From an uncultured delta proteobacterium (lineage in GTDB: Bacteria; Desulfobacterota; Desulfuromonadia; Desulfuromonadales; JACZKF01): a stretch of DNA of 64,000 nucleotides. This document shows positions 21,040 to 34,926 of this stretch, piece after piece. A program made the translations under genes and the position numbers. Numbering within the stretch: position 1 is the stretch's first letter; each line of letters starts with the position of its first letter. The stretch is from positions 160,001-224,000 of the forward strand of contig CAWFKQ010000005.1 in the NCBI GenBank assembly GCA_963816395.1, written 5' to 3'. The notes below the pieces were generated by a model. That model did no database searches, had not been told where the DNA came from, and saw nothing but the letters and a program-made list of their open reading frames with translations.

Positions 21040-22415
21040 TTAAATTTCCGAAATAATATTTCTACCTCCGTTGTACGAATTAAGGAACTTTCGAGTCTTT
21101 ATAGAGGCAGCTTTGTTCATATTGAAAAGAGCTATAATTAGTCCGAGCCCAAACCACCAATAAATCTCGTAAAGATCGTGCCCGAAAAGACCAATGGTGA
21201 GCCGGACCACAAGAAAAAGGAGGACGGCCTGCGCGGTGGCAGCCAGAAGGTTCACGCCAGCTACATGTTTTTCCAGAAGCTTCCGCGCTTCTCCCTCGAC
21301 TTGCGGCAATGTCAGCACTTCTTGAACCGCTTTAGCCTGGCTGCGTAAATCGCCGATCAACTCCTTTAGCATGCGAATGGCCTTGCCCAGCAGGAGCAGA
21401 AAGATGATCAATCCTTGTACTCCGAGATTGGTTGCGACCTGCATGTACAGATTGTGGGTGTCCTGGTTGCGACCGAATGTTTCCATCCGTACCTGCGGAA
21501 AAGCACCTACGCCAACTCCGAAAGGATGTTCCTCGAAAACCTGAATGCTGTCTTTGAGGATCTGGATACGCGCCTCCTCCGAGGCCCCTTCTTTTTCCTT
21601 TAGGGTGAAGATCGAATCGAAACGCTCGTAATAGCTATTGGGGATGAGTGGCATGAAAAAAAGGCAAAGGGTTCCGCCACCAGAAAATAGCGCTTTTTGT
21701 TCGGACTGCGAAAAAATGCGTAAAGTGCCAGAATGGCAAAACCTACGTAGCCGGTACGAGAACCGGTAAATATGATGATATTGAGAGAAAGGAGAAAAAG
21801 AATGAACAGGAAGATCGAACCGGCGATTGGCGATCGGCCAAAGAGCGAGTATAAAGGGGACCGTTCCGAGGGCCATTCCCGAGAAAGAATTTGGGTGCTC
21901 ATACAAAGCGGTGGTGCCATGAAGCCGCATAATGCCTTGATTCTCCCAAACCATGCTGCCGGTCAGTCTTCCGATAAATCCCTCTTGCCCCATTTTCATG
22001 CAGGCAAGAAGAAAGGCTGCCAGAAAGAGGGTCAAGAGCGCGTGGATTACGAACGAAAAGGACGATAAAGATTCCCATGAAAGAGAATTTCACCACACGA
22101 TCCAGAAAAATATTCCACGATATCACCGGGTCATAAGAAAAAGGGATTTGAATGATCAAGGCGATAAAGAAAAGAGCAATGTATCCCATACAGAGGGCAA
22201 GCCAAATTCCGCTTATCGGTGGCAAGGATGGCAACCATAGAGAGGAAGGCGGCAAATATAAACTCGAAACGGATCTCTCCCAGGAAAGTCCACCGGTTGC
22301 CGATCTGCAGATACCAGATGATGACATAGATGCAGAATAAAAGCAGGGCGGCCCGGTTGACCCGTGGATAATCGATTTCTTTTCCCGGCAATCTCGCGTA
22401 TTCCATCGTCTTCAT
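21040..22415 (-). CDS. O-antigen ligase/polymerase (Wzy-like) membrane protein, frameshifted
   Basis: Multiple TM segments, HPNSF, FTGSRTG, PFGVGVG and THNLY, spread over several frames. Confidence 0.8.
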
Positions 22416-22479
22416 CCCTTGTTTATTGCCATCGCTTCCGGGCGGATTTTCCGGATAAACTTAACACCTGCCAGCGAAA

Positions 22480-23838
22480 TCAGAAACGAGAGATCGCGAA
22501 GCGAAATTTCCCAGATCTTTCCTGCTCAATTCTATCCACCTTTGGATTTCGATCCAGAATGCCGGGAAATTGTTTCTGAAAATAATCTAGCAATTTCCTT
22601 TCAACTTCCTTTACAAACGCGGAATTCACCACCATTCGCAATAGCAGATGGTCCCGCCGGTTTTGGACGATCTGCATCTGCTCGATCCCTGGATAGACCG
22701 TCAGGGTGTTTTCGATCAGTGAAACTCCGGCGACTCGGCTGCCATCCATACGGACCAGAAAATCCGCCGTCCTGCCGACGACCGACTCCATAAGTGGCAG
22801 TCCGCGCCCGCAAGAACATTTCCGGTCGGTGGGGACACCGATATCCTCCACCTGGTAGCGAATGAAGGGCATGGCCCGATTCACAGGTCGGTGACCACGA
22901 TTTTTCCTTCTTCCCCCGGCCCGGCGGGGCTGCCGTCCGCCCGAATGAACTCGATGAACAGATGCTCGATATTGAGATGCAGCCCTTCATGCTTTTCGCA
23001 TTCCGAGGCGATCAAACTGACTTCCTCGCATCCGTACCGATTAGTCACCTTAACTTGGAAAACATTTCCTCGATCTTCTGCCGTTCATGCTCCAGAAGCA
23101 TCATGGAGGAACTGATAATACCCTTCGGCTTGATGGATTTGATCACTCAGATCCCGGACACAGACAGGCGAGAAGGAAAATGGAATGCGCATGTCCGAAT
23201 AGCAAAGATGGCTGTATTTTCTCCCAGTCCCGTGCGAATTTGAGGACGGCATCGGTCATCCACCCCCATGGTATCCAAAGAAGATAAATGGGCCTAGAAT
23301 CTGATTGTGCAACCATTCCTTCAAAGTTTTCGGCAGTTTCGGATTTCCCCAGACGGCGCCGATAGGCTCTCCCGGAGTTCCAGCCGGCCCAGCGATCGTG
23401 GCGCCAAGCGCAGGCATTGCGCAGTTCACTGCATTCCTCGGTAATGTAGATCTGCAGTGGCTTGCCGGTGGACCCGCCGGTTTTGAACTCCAGCAGGTCT
23501 GAAGCAATGAATCCTTGCTGATCATGGCTGGAGCAGAGCGGCGAATTTCCTCTTTGGTCAGGATCGGAATGCGGCCGAAATCCTCCGGAGTCCGGACCTG
23601 CTCCGGGTTTATCCCTGCAGAATCAAGCCGCTTCCTGTAAAAGCCATTTTGCTGATAGACAAATTCCAGCAGTTCCCGCAGCCGCTCCCATTGCTTCTGC
23701 CGAAGGGCGGCTTCAGGAAGGAATTGAGTTTTTTCCAGTTCCCTCCAATAAGCGAGCCTGGGACTGCCGCTTACCCGAAAATACAAGGGTCTCAAGAATA
23801 TTGCGCCTGGCCAGAGCTAGCATGCGAGTCTCCGTCAT
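22480..23838 (-). CDS. Second phenylacetate-CoA ligase-like protein, multiply frameshifted
   Basis: PILTKEEIR, KTGGSTG (alternative frame), RYGCEE, AMPFIRY and ERSGKFRF. Confidence 0.85.
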
Positions 23839-23846
23839 ATGCGGAT

Positions 23847-24976
23847 TTATGATCTACAAGAGAGTTGTAGTAGTCTTCCCACTGCGGCATCACCCGCTCC
23901 CATAGGTAGTCCTGCCTGAATCTTGCCAGGGACGCGCCTCCCATTTCCCGGCGCGAGACGGGCAGAGCGTGCTAACTTGCCAGCGCCTCGGCCAAGGCCC
24001 CGGGGATCACCGGGAGGGATGAGGATGCCATTAGCCTCATTGATCATTTCAAGGGTCCCCCCCACGGCCGTAGCTACTACCGGAAGACCGCAAGCCATAT
24101 ATTCGAGGATGGCATTGGACAAACCTTCACGGTCGGAGCAAAGAACTCCGACATCCGCGTATCTCAGAAAGTCCCAGACATCTCCTCGCGCCCCAAGGAA
24201 ATGAACTTTTCCCGACGAGTCCAAAGCGATTTCTACTGCCGCTCCAACTCAGGTTTCAGACTCCCTTCTCCTAACAAGTATGCCTGTACATCCAGTTCGG
24301 ACAGGTCATTCTGCAGCCGGGCTAAAGCATCGATAAGAATGTCATGCCTTTTAACCGGCTGCAGGTTGGCGGTGATCACCACTCTAAAAGGCTTAGAGGA
24401 GTCGTCCTGATAAATTTCTGGCTCTTCGTCGAACAGGGGAGTTCCACCCCATTAGGAATCACTCGGATACGCTCCGACGGGAATCTTTCCACACCGGCCA
24501 CATGATCGCGGATGGCTTCGGCATTGACGACGATGCCATCGAAAAGCGGTTGACTCCCGGCCGAAGTAACGAAAAGAGAGATGGTACCAAGGCTCTTCTG
24601 CACCGAGTCCAAGATCGCGGCGGCTGGCGAGAAGTCGGTAAGGATGGTGGCTGAGGAGCCTACCCATAATCCCCACAAAAACCGCATCTTCGAAAAATGT
24701 CTGCACGATCTGAAAACCCTCACGATCAATATATGCGGTGTATTTGCGTACCACGGCCCGGAAATTTTCCTTTAAAAAGCCCCGAAATCCTAGGACATAA
24801 CAAGGGCATGGCAAATCTTGCTGCTCAAGCCAGGAAGAACTCTGCAGGCATATCAGATGGGGTTCGAACCTGGTCCGGTCGATTCTTTTTAGAATCCCCA
24901 TGAGTTGTTTCTCCGTACCAGCTTGATCGGAGAAGATAATGTCAATCAAATATGCGATTTTGGTTCTATTCTGCAT
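23847..24976 (-). CDS. Glycosyltransferase family 4, frameshifted
   Basis: AGTEKQL, SRRDLG and EGLSNAILEYMACGLPVVATAVGG. Confidence 0.88.
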
Positions 24977-25905
24977 TTTATTGATTTCTTGAAGCATTCT
25001 AAGGAGCAATAACTTGCATAACCCCTTGTATGGGGGAAAAGCAAATGGAGTAAAATTATAGCTCTCAAATAAAAATAAAAGGATTTTCCTAAATCTATCT
25101 CGCGGAAATAATAGGCTCTGTTCAAAGATGAATAAGCAAAAGCTCTCCGAATGGTTCTTTTAGATACAGATCCGGGGTTTTCGTCGATGAATTTCGCCAT
25201 AATTCGATCGGAGCAGCTCTGCCGGATTTCCATCTTTTTGGACATTTGCCCCGGATGCCCAATGCGGTACAAAAGTAAGGGTTCATCGACGAAAACGAAT
25301 TGATAATGCAAAGAAATCCGCAGCCAGAGATCCCAGTCGATTCCCATCGGCAGAGATTCGTCAAAGTTTCCTGCGCGCTTGAAGCATTCCCTACGTACTA
25401 GCGAGGAAGAAAACGGCACGAAGTTATCCATGAACAGAAAATTGGTTACCTTGCCGGAGCGCGGCTGCAGGTATTTTCCCGGAGAGGATGGACCAATTTG
25501 AATCCCCTCTGCATCAATCAGGTCAGCGAGACTGAAGACGACCCCTACCCGTTGGTCCTCGAATAGCAACATCTGCTTTGCCAATTTATCGGCTTTCCAA
25601 CGGTCGTCGGCGTCGAGAAAAGCGACGAACTCCCCCATGGCAGCAGCGAGCCCGGTGTTCTTGGCGACAGCCTGACCGCGGTTCTCCTGGCGAATGTAGG
25701 TGATGCGCGGATCGCTTAGGAAAGGCGCCGCCACTGCCTCCGAATTGTCAGTGGAGCCATCATTGACGAGAATAATCTCGAAATTTCGATAGGTCTGCCC
25801 GAGGATCGATTCCAGGCACCCGGCCAGGAAACATCCATAGTTGTAGCAGGTGACCACAACAGTAACCCGACCTTTTTCAACCATTTTTTCACCCATGGCC
25901 ACCAA
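24946..25905 (-). CDS. Glycosyltransferase family 2
   Basis: TCYN, VNDGSTD, FLDADD and DWDLWLR. Confidence 0.92.
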   Translation of the reverse strand: MVAMGEKMVEKGRVTVVVTCYNYGCFLAGCLESILGQTYRNFEIILVNDGSTDNSEAVAAPFLSDPRITYIRQENRGQAVAKNTGLAAAMGEFVAFLDADDRWKADKLAKQMLLFEDQRVGVVFSLADLIDAEGIQIGPSSPGKYLQPRSGKVTNFLFMDNFVPFSSSLVRRECFKRAGNFDESLPMGIDWDLWLRISLHYQFVFVDEPLLLYRIGHPGQMSKKMEIRQSCSDRIMAKFIDENPGSVSKRTIRRAFAYSSLNRAYYFREIDLGKSFYFYLRAIILLHLLFPHTRGYASYCSLECFKKSIKCRIEPKSHI

Positions 25906-25914
25906 CCAGACCGC

Positions 25915-27533
25915 TCATATCGAATCTCCTCCTGAATCGGTCGGATTCGAAGGCCAGGCAAGAGGTGCAATCCGTCCCCGAGATCGAATCTGAACAACCA
26001 AACGAACAATAAAAAATGAGCCGAGGCCGAAGGCCAGTGACAGGACCAGCTTTATCCCCCCTTCAGCCAGAAGGTCGAAATTCCCTACGATTTGATCCAG
26101 GTACTTCCCGCCGCGGAAGGTATCGAAATGGATGGAATGCAGGAACTCGCTGGCCACCGGGAATACCCTGGCCTGGAAAAAGGGCCCCAGCCCAATCCGG
26201 CCAAGATCGAGGGGAGCAATAAGTAAATAGAGGATCGTGAACAGGGTTGCCAGATATCCAACCCTCTTCCATTGATACGGGATGAAGTAGTGCTTCTGGG
26301 CGATTTTCAGGGCTGCCATGCACTGGAATGCGGCAGCAAGACATGAGGAGACGACTGCCCCGGCAATCCCATACTGCGGAATCAGCAGGAGATTGAAAGC
26401 GAGTCCGACGATGGCGGTGGCCACCTGAATCCAGGAAATCTGCATCGTTGACTTGGTGTAGACCAGACCGAAACTGAAATGGTAGTAGGAATTACCAAGA
26501 ATCAGCGAGAGAACCGCCAGCAAGGCAATATTTCCGCCAACCCAGAATTCCGGCGGAGTCAGGAACTTCAGGAGGAGCGGGATCTCCAGGGCTAGAACCA
26601 AGCCGGCGAACAGCATGATAGCGAGATGGATAGTGAACACCTCGGCCATTGTGCTCGGCCCCTCCTCGTTCTCGCAGATCTCCAACTGCCGCATGGTCCA
26701 GGTCCGCAAGAAAGGTTCGCCAACCAGGAAGCCGATCAATGTGGCAAATTTGTAGAGCATCTCGAACACTCCAACCTGTGCCAGGCCGAGGAATGTCCGC
26801 AGAAGATAACGGTCGGCGTTGCTGCGTACGAACATCGCCACATACCCGGGCATCAGCGGAAGGCTGAAGGCGAAAGTCTGCCTTGCCACCGACCGGTCGA
26901 AACTGCAGTCCCACCTTGGCAAAGTGCATTGAGGTGCATGATCATCGAAAACAAGACCGAACCCGCCAGAGAACTGTAGAGGAACCCGTAAACCCCAAGT
27001 TCCATTTTCACGATAAAGAGGATGTTCAGGGCAAGACCGATGACGAGCCGAAGCAGCGCGAGAATGGAGAAAAAAATGGATTGCTGGTTGATGACGATGT
27101 AGGCCTGGGCGTTCTTGGAGGTCATCTCGGCCATAAAGGCCAGGACCGCAAGTTGGATATAGGGGCCGAGATCCGCCTTGCCGAAAGCCAGATATGCCAC
27201 CGGCCGGGAAAAGAAGAGGACCGGAGTTCCGACAGCGATGACCATAAAGAACATCAGGATGATCACCGTGGAGACCACGGTCTTTCTCTCCTCGGGGTCG
27301 TTCTTCTCGTAGTAGAAACGGCTCATCGCGCCGGTGATCCCGTAACCGATCAACAGGGTCATCATCGACAGGACGGTTTCGATCATGCCGAGTATGCCGT
27401 ATCCTTCGCCCCGCAGGTAATGGGCATAGATCGGCAGCATGATGAATCCCACCGCTTTCCCCAGGATACCGGCGAAGCTGTAGATGGAGGCGTGCTTCAA
27501 AGTGGAGCGAATATGGCCGCCGCCTTCAGACAT
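25915..27533 (-). CDS. wzx: Oligosaccharide flippase (Wzx), frameshifted near 26900
   Basis: Multi-TM protein with KAVGFIMLPIY, ADRYLLR and LLIPQYGIAGA. Confidence 0.85.
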
Positions 27534-28665
27534 AGGCCACCTTTCCGGCCGCCAGCAGCTGCCGATAGAAATCTCCGTACTGCCGGGCCATCCGCAAACT
27601 GGAGTATCTCTCGGCAACCCTGGTTCTGGCCCTGTCCGCTAAACCTCTCGCCTGCATCGTATTCTGCAACAGCGCCTGGAGACCGTTGGCCAGTGCTCCA
27701 GCCGACGCCGGCTTCAACCAACAGGCCCGCCGCGCCGTTCTCCAGTATTTCAGGCACAGCTCCGACGCGGGTGGCCACGATCGGAACGCCGGCGTACATC
27801 GCTTCCAGAACGGTGATCGGCAGCCCTTCGGTAAAGGAGGAGAGAGCAAATACCCGCAGCAGCGGCAGGTAATTGCGCGCGGTCGGTCGATATCCGGCGA
27901 GCAGCACCCGACCTTTCAGCCCCAATCGTCCGATCTGTTCCTGCAGGCGCTCGCGTTCTCCCCCTTCGCCGAAAATCACCAGTCTGACATCCGCTATCAG
28001 ATCGCGAAGTTGGCTGACTGCCAGAAGCAGATGCATAAACCCCTTCTCCGGGGAGAGCCGGCCAATGGCGCCGATCGTCATACCCCGCCCGGCAGAACGC
28101 CGCCAGCTCGGGGTCGAGAGGGGGACCGGAGGTTGGAGCCGGCAGTCGCAGGCCGTTGTGGATGATGTGGAAACGCACTCCGCAACAGTTCTGCAGAAAC
28201 GGATGCTGCAATTGCGACCTGTCGACGAGAACAACCCCGTCGTGCCGGCGCAGCAGGCGGGCGTCCAGCCATTCATACATCTTCATCCGGGTGAACCGGT
28301 CCAGGCTCGTATAGCCATGCACGGTGGTCAGCAGGGGCAGCCGCCGCCAGCGGCGGGGAATGGCGCCGAGGAGAATATTTCCCTTGTAGCCATGGGAATG
28401 CAGCAGGTCCATATTCTCCTGATGGGCGAAGCGAACAATGGCCAAGGCACCGGCAACATTCGGCCCGGGCCGCATGCGAAAGCACTTGACCCGGATTCCC
28501 CGCGCCCCGGCTTCGCGCTCGAGGTCCTTTTCCCCCTCCCCTTTCTTGCCGATGCTGGCGATGACGGGAACACAGCCGCATTTCCAACTGCTCCGAAGCC
28601 AGATCAAGAAGCATGTTCTCGGCCCCGTAGAAACCGCCACTGTCGATGACGTGCAGGATCTTCAT
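27526..28665 (-). CDS. Glycosyltransferase family 4, frameshifted
   Basis: MKILHVIDSGGFYGAE, HSHGYK, GRLSPEKG and EGLPITVLEAM. Confidence 0.88.
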
Positions 28666-28668
28666 CCC

Positions 28669-29813
28669 CTAACCCTTCCTCGGGGTCCAGACGACCTGCT
28701 TGCGACCGAGCAGAAATTTACCGAAAGCATGCCCGGCGGCGATATTCACCAGCAGAAAATAGTAGGGAAAACGCAACAGGCGCAGCCGCTCACCGCCGGC
28801 ACGAGCGAAATGAAACAGGAGCGCACCGGCATAGCCCAGGTTCTGGATGACGAACAGCAGCCCGGTAACCGGCGCCGGCATCCCACAGGGCGCCGTTGGC
28901 CAGGTAGGCGCCGATCAGGAAGAGGAACGAGAGGTAGCGCAGCACCTTGTGCGACCACAGCTGCCAGGCGAAGAGCGGATTCAGGCGCAGGGTCAGTAGC
29001 TGCCGCATGTCTTTCAGTGCCCAGAGGGCACGCAGGGATACCCGCACCCGCATGCGGTACTCGTCAGCCGGATTCTGCAGAGACGGCTCCTGAAGAACCG
29101 CCTCCGGTTCGTAGACGACCCGGTAGCCCTGCTCCACCACCATCAGCGGGAGGACAAAATCGGGCAACTGGTCGGCCCGCATGAAACGATAGAGCGACTT
29201 GCGTACGGCATCGATGCCGCCATCCACGCCGACCACCGAGCCGAGGGCGGTTTCGTATCGGCGCAGCCGGTTCTCGTAACGCATGAAGGCGCTGCAGCCA
29301 TCGCCGATGATCGTCCCCTGCCGGTCGACATAGACCATCCTGCCGGTGACATAGCCGACTTCCGGGTCGGCGAAATTGCGCACCAGTTTGCGCAGGGCAT
29401 CCGGGGCATAGAGGGAGTTGGCATCGGAGAAGACGATGATTTCGCCCCGGGCCCTGGCGCACCGCCCGGTTCAGCGCCGCCGTCTTCCCGGCGCGCACCT
29501 CCTGCCGGATCAGCTGCACCCGTGGATCGCCGATTCGCTGCACGACTGCTTCCGTGCGGTCGGTCGAGCAGTCGGAGACGACGATGACCTCCAGCCGGCC
29601 CGCAGGATAATCAAGAGCCAGCTTGTTTCTCACCGTGGCCTCGATGGCAGCCTCCTCGTTGTAGGCGGCGATCAGAATGCTCACTGCAGGTTCGATCGGC
29701 GCCGTCCGAACCGGCCTGGGGCGCATCCTGGCGAGCAGGGCCGCGAGCAGCGGATAACCGACAAAAACATACAGAACCATGAGGATCGATCCGAAAAACA
29801 AAGCGGCGGCCAT
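28669..29813 (-). CDS. Glycosyltransferase family 2 with TM segments, frameshifted
   Basis: IAAYNEE, SDCSTD, GKTAALN and HKVLRY. Confidence 0.88.
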
Positions 29814-29815
29814 GG

Positions 29816-30470
29816 TCAGGCGTCGCTCCCGGACATAGGAGAGAAAGACCGGGTAGAACGCCTGCAGAAAATCCTCCACCAGGCGCCGGCATTCGGCCGG
29901 GGTCTTTCCACCTGCCGGCACGCTGACCCGCACGAAGGCGCTGTCCTCAAAGCCGTTGAAAAGCCTGTCTCGGGCCAGCTGGAGTTTCTGCATGAAGGGG
30001 CTGGCGGCTGTCTCGTCATGCGCCTGGAACCAGTAGGCGAGATAGACGTCTCGAGATCACGGCTGGCCGTCATGGTGGCGAACGACAGGTCGCTCACCGC
30101 CGGCCAGAGTCAGCCGGTCCCCGGTCACCGGCGACAGCTGCCATCCCTGCCCGGAGAAACAGACCAGCGGATGGTGCGGTGCGCCCGACTTTGTCGGCGG
30201 AGAAGTAGTAGCCGACATAGAGGGAGACGACCTCACGGCCGTTGCTCAGGGAGAGGAAGGCGTAGTCGTCCGAGTTTCAGGTCCTCCACCACCTGCGGAT
30301 CGAGGGGGATCCGCCGGATCACCTCCCACCCCGGGATAGACGGCCAGGACGGTTTCCAGGCGCTGGGTCTTGCCTTTTCCTGCCGCTGCCGAATGCCGCA
30401 GGACCGGCACCGCGGTGAGTCCCAGGCAGAGCAGCAGAAGAATCAGTTTGCCGCGCAATCCACGTCCCAT
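29816..30470 (-). CDS. epsI: Exosortase-associated EpsI family protein, frameshifted
   Basis: N-terminal TM; reconstructed SLYVGYY..HHPLVCFSGQGW, YWFQ and SAFVRVS; directly downstream of exosortase. Confidence 0.75.
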
Positions 30471-31316
30471 TTCGCCAACAATCTCCGGATGCAGATGATA
30501 AGAAGAATGGCGGCCATGAAGACACCGAGGCCGAACAGCTCATGGACCCGCCCCTGGGTCAGGTCGATGCCGAACAAGTGAAAACCCAGGACCATCAGCA
30601 GCACGCGCAGCACGTTGACGGCGATCGCCACCGGCAGTCCGGCGAGGAAGAGGAGCGTCCGCAGCGGGTTCGAGCGCAGGGTCAAATAGGCGAAGAGCAG
30701 ACTGACCGTCAGCAGGGAAATAATCGAACGCAGGCCGCTGCAGGCCTGGATGACCTGAAAGCTGTGCTGCGGCAGGTGCAGGACGTTGCCTTCGCGGAGG
30801 ATCGGGATACCGCCGAGCTTGACCAGGACCACCGTCATCCAGGAAACGAAGAGTCTGCAGCGGCGCGGTCAGAGAGGTGTAGATCTGGGCCGGGATGGGG
30901 ATCATGAACAGCAGCAGAAAAAGGGGAAACAGGCATTCCTTCAGGAGCGGCCAGGCCAAAGAGAAAAAGCACTCCGGAACCGAGGACGAAGACCAGGGAA
31001 AGGGAACTCAAGGTGGCAGATACCGGCCAGAAAGCCCACCAGGTAGAGCGCCAGGGAGGCGATGACGAGGAGCAAGCCGTAGCGGGCCGGGACGAACCGG
31101 CACCCTGCGCAGTCTTTCCCGCTTTCTCCACAACACGAAAAGGGCTATCGGCACGATGAAAAAGCCATGCGAATAATCCTCGGAATGCTGCCAGGCGGCG
31201 AGCAGGCTCCGCCAGACGGGCCAGAATGCCGCCAGGTAGGCCAGCAGCACGGCGCCGGCGAGCAGCATATCGATCGGCAGCAGCTTGCCGCCGGCGGCTT
31301 CTCCACTTCTCTGCAT
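30443..31316 (-). CDS. xrt: Exosortase (EpsH family), frameshifted
   Basis: YSHGFFIVP, FPLFLLLFMIPIP, catalytic ACSG, NVLR and HE. Confidence 0.9.
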
Positions 31317-31318
31317 CG

Positions 31319-32703
<1,385 letters not shown>

Positions 32704-32704
<1 letters not shown>

Positions 32705-33630
32705 TACGCTTTCCCTGCCATTCTTTTCCGGATGTGGTGGCTGGAGTTCCCGTCAATTCCCGGATCGGCTACCGCGGCGGCTTTCCAGTCGACATCGGCC
32801 AGGACGTCTCGCAGCGGCGCGAACGGGAGTTTTTTCACCAGGTAATCGATCTTGCCGAAGGTTTTCTCCAGATTGTGGTAGTGGCGAAAACGCGACTTCC
32901 AGTTACTTCGCACCCGCGGCTGGAGCGGATCGATCTCCCAGGGGTGGAAGTAGAGAACAGCCGGTTGCCCCTCCCGTTGGTTGATGTGGTGAAAGGCCCG
33001 GGCAACCAGGCTTGCCGGCAGCAGGCGCAGGTAGCCGCCGCCCCCCACCGGCAGTCGCCATTGCCGCCCGCAGGCCGCAAGACATACGGTGGAGATCGGA
33101 AATTCCCTGATCGACCCCGAAGGGCGACAGATGAGATGGGGGAAGCGCTGCGCGCCCGGAATCCCGTAGAGATCATGGTAAATCGGGTAAATGCTCGAAT
33201 CATGCGTGATCCCCTCTTCGATCAGAATGTCCAGAGCCCACAGGGAGCGGGCGGTTATCGAATAACTCGGCGCTCGATAGCCGGTCACCGGAGAGCCGCT
33301 GATATCCTCCAGCAGACGGCGGGCGCTTCGAACGTCCTCCCGGAAACGCGTCGGTCCGATCTCGTAAATGAGCTGATGGCCAAAACCATGGCTGGCAATT
33401 TCGTGACCGCGGCGCTGGATCTCCCGGACCAGATCCGGCAGCCGCCTGGCGACCCAGCCAAGCACGAAAAAGGTCGCCCGAAGATCGCGCTCTTCCAGCC
33501 AGTCGAGCAGGCGCCGTGTGTTGCCGGCTACCCGCAACGGATAGTGATCCCACTCATCCGGGCGGATATCCCGGCGGAAGGCGGCCACCTGGAAGTAATC
33601 CTCAACATCGATGGTCAGTGCATTGCGCAT
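32704..33630 (-). CDS. XrtA-system polysaccharide deacetylase (DUF3473)
   Basis: NALTIDVEDYFQV, YRAPSYSI, GGGGYLRL and YFHPWEIDP. Confidence 0.92.
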
Positions 33631-33657
33631 GCGGTCACGGTTCGCATCGACTGTCGC

Positions 33658-34916
33658 TCAGAAAACCTTCCTCAACTCGAGAAAGACCCGGTTGGTTTCG
33701 AAACGGTCCTCCTGAACCTGCGGCGAATGCGAGTCGACCCGGTAAAGGATCAGACTGGCGGTGAGGTCCTCCATGAGCTGGTAGGCCGCGGTGGCGCTGC
33801 CGATCAGGACCTGGGTCCAGGTATCATCCACCTCTTCGTCATACCGGAAGCCGCTGAACGTGAGGGTGCCATTCAGCCGCTCGGTGAATTCATGGTAGAA
33901 ACTGCCGGTCCCCCCATAACGACGGGTATCGAGCTCATCGACATCGACGATCGTAGAAATCGGACAGGGAGGCCGACGCGCTCACCCGCGTACGGGCCCA
34001 GTCCCTCGCAAGGGAAACCCGGTAGTACTCTTCACGCTGGACCGTTCCCTCTGGATCCTCGATATAGTCAACACCCAGCGCCAGGGTGGCGGTCAGCAGC
34101 GTGAAAGCGTGGGACAGCCCCGCATTCCAGTAGGGGTCGTCCTGGTTCATCCCGTCGGAAAAATCGATCCAGGTATAACCGATGGTGCCGAAAATATAGG
34201 AATTCTCCCCATACTCGTAGCGCAGCCCGGTCCACACGTCGTTTTTGTCGTAATCGAGCAGATCGGCGTCTTCATGCAGATAGCGGTAGCCGGCCTGCGC
34301 CTTGGTGCGGGAGGTGAGCTCATGTGTCCCCTCGGCAAAGAGGATGTGATCGGTACTGTCGTTTGTGCCGGTACTGTCGTTTGTGCTATCGCCGCTGTAG
34401 GTGGTCTGGACAAACTGGTAGCCGGTCCTCAGCGAGTTGCGCGGCGACAGGCTGAACTGAGCGTAGGGGCTGAGCGAGAGGATGTTCTGATCGGTCTGGT
34501 TCTGGAACAGGCTTTGCTCCCGGTAATCCCGGGACGTGCTCAGGGAGACCCGGGAGAGCCGATCGAGTCAGTTCCAGAAAATACCGGTCCTTCCAGTTCA
34601 GCAAGGAAACCGTATCGAGAAAGTGCACGGTTTCGTCATCCTGTTCCCCCTTGGCATAAAGACGGTAATCGAGGGTATAGGCCAGATTCATGGTGATCCT
34701 GCTCCCCTGGTAGTCAAAAGAGAGCGAAGGCATGAGCCGGGTGATGAAATCGGAGACCTTGTCCTTCTCGGCATTTAAAATGTTGTCGTCGTAAATTTCG
34801 CTCAGGGTGAGGGCCGGATAAACCTTCAGATCAGCCCGGCAATCGGTGCCCAGAAGATGGCTGAAAAGAATGGAAAAAAACAACAACGCCAACGCCAGTT
34901 TGCACATCGATTTCAT
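33658..34916 (-). CDS. PEP-CTERM system outer-membrane beta-barrel protein, frameshifted
   Basis: Signal peptide, YDDNI, alternating beta-strand pattern and C-terminal NRVFLELRKVF*. Confidence 0.75.
34351..34386. repeat. Perfect 18-bp tandem duplication inside the beta-barrel gene
   Basis: cggtactgtcgtttgtgc x2, in frame (STNDSTGTNDST). Confidence 0.85.
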
Positions 34917-34926
34917 GGTCAGCCCA

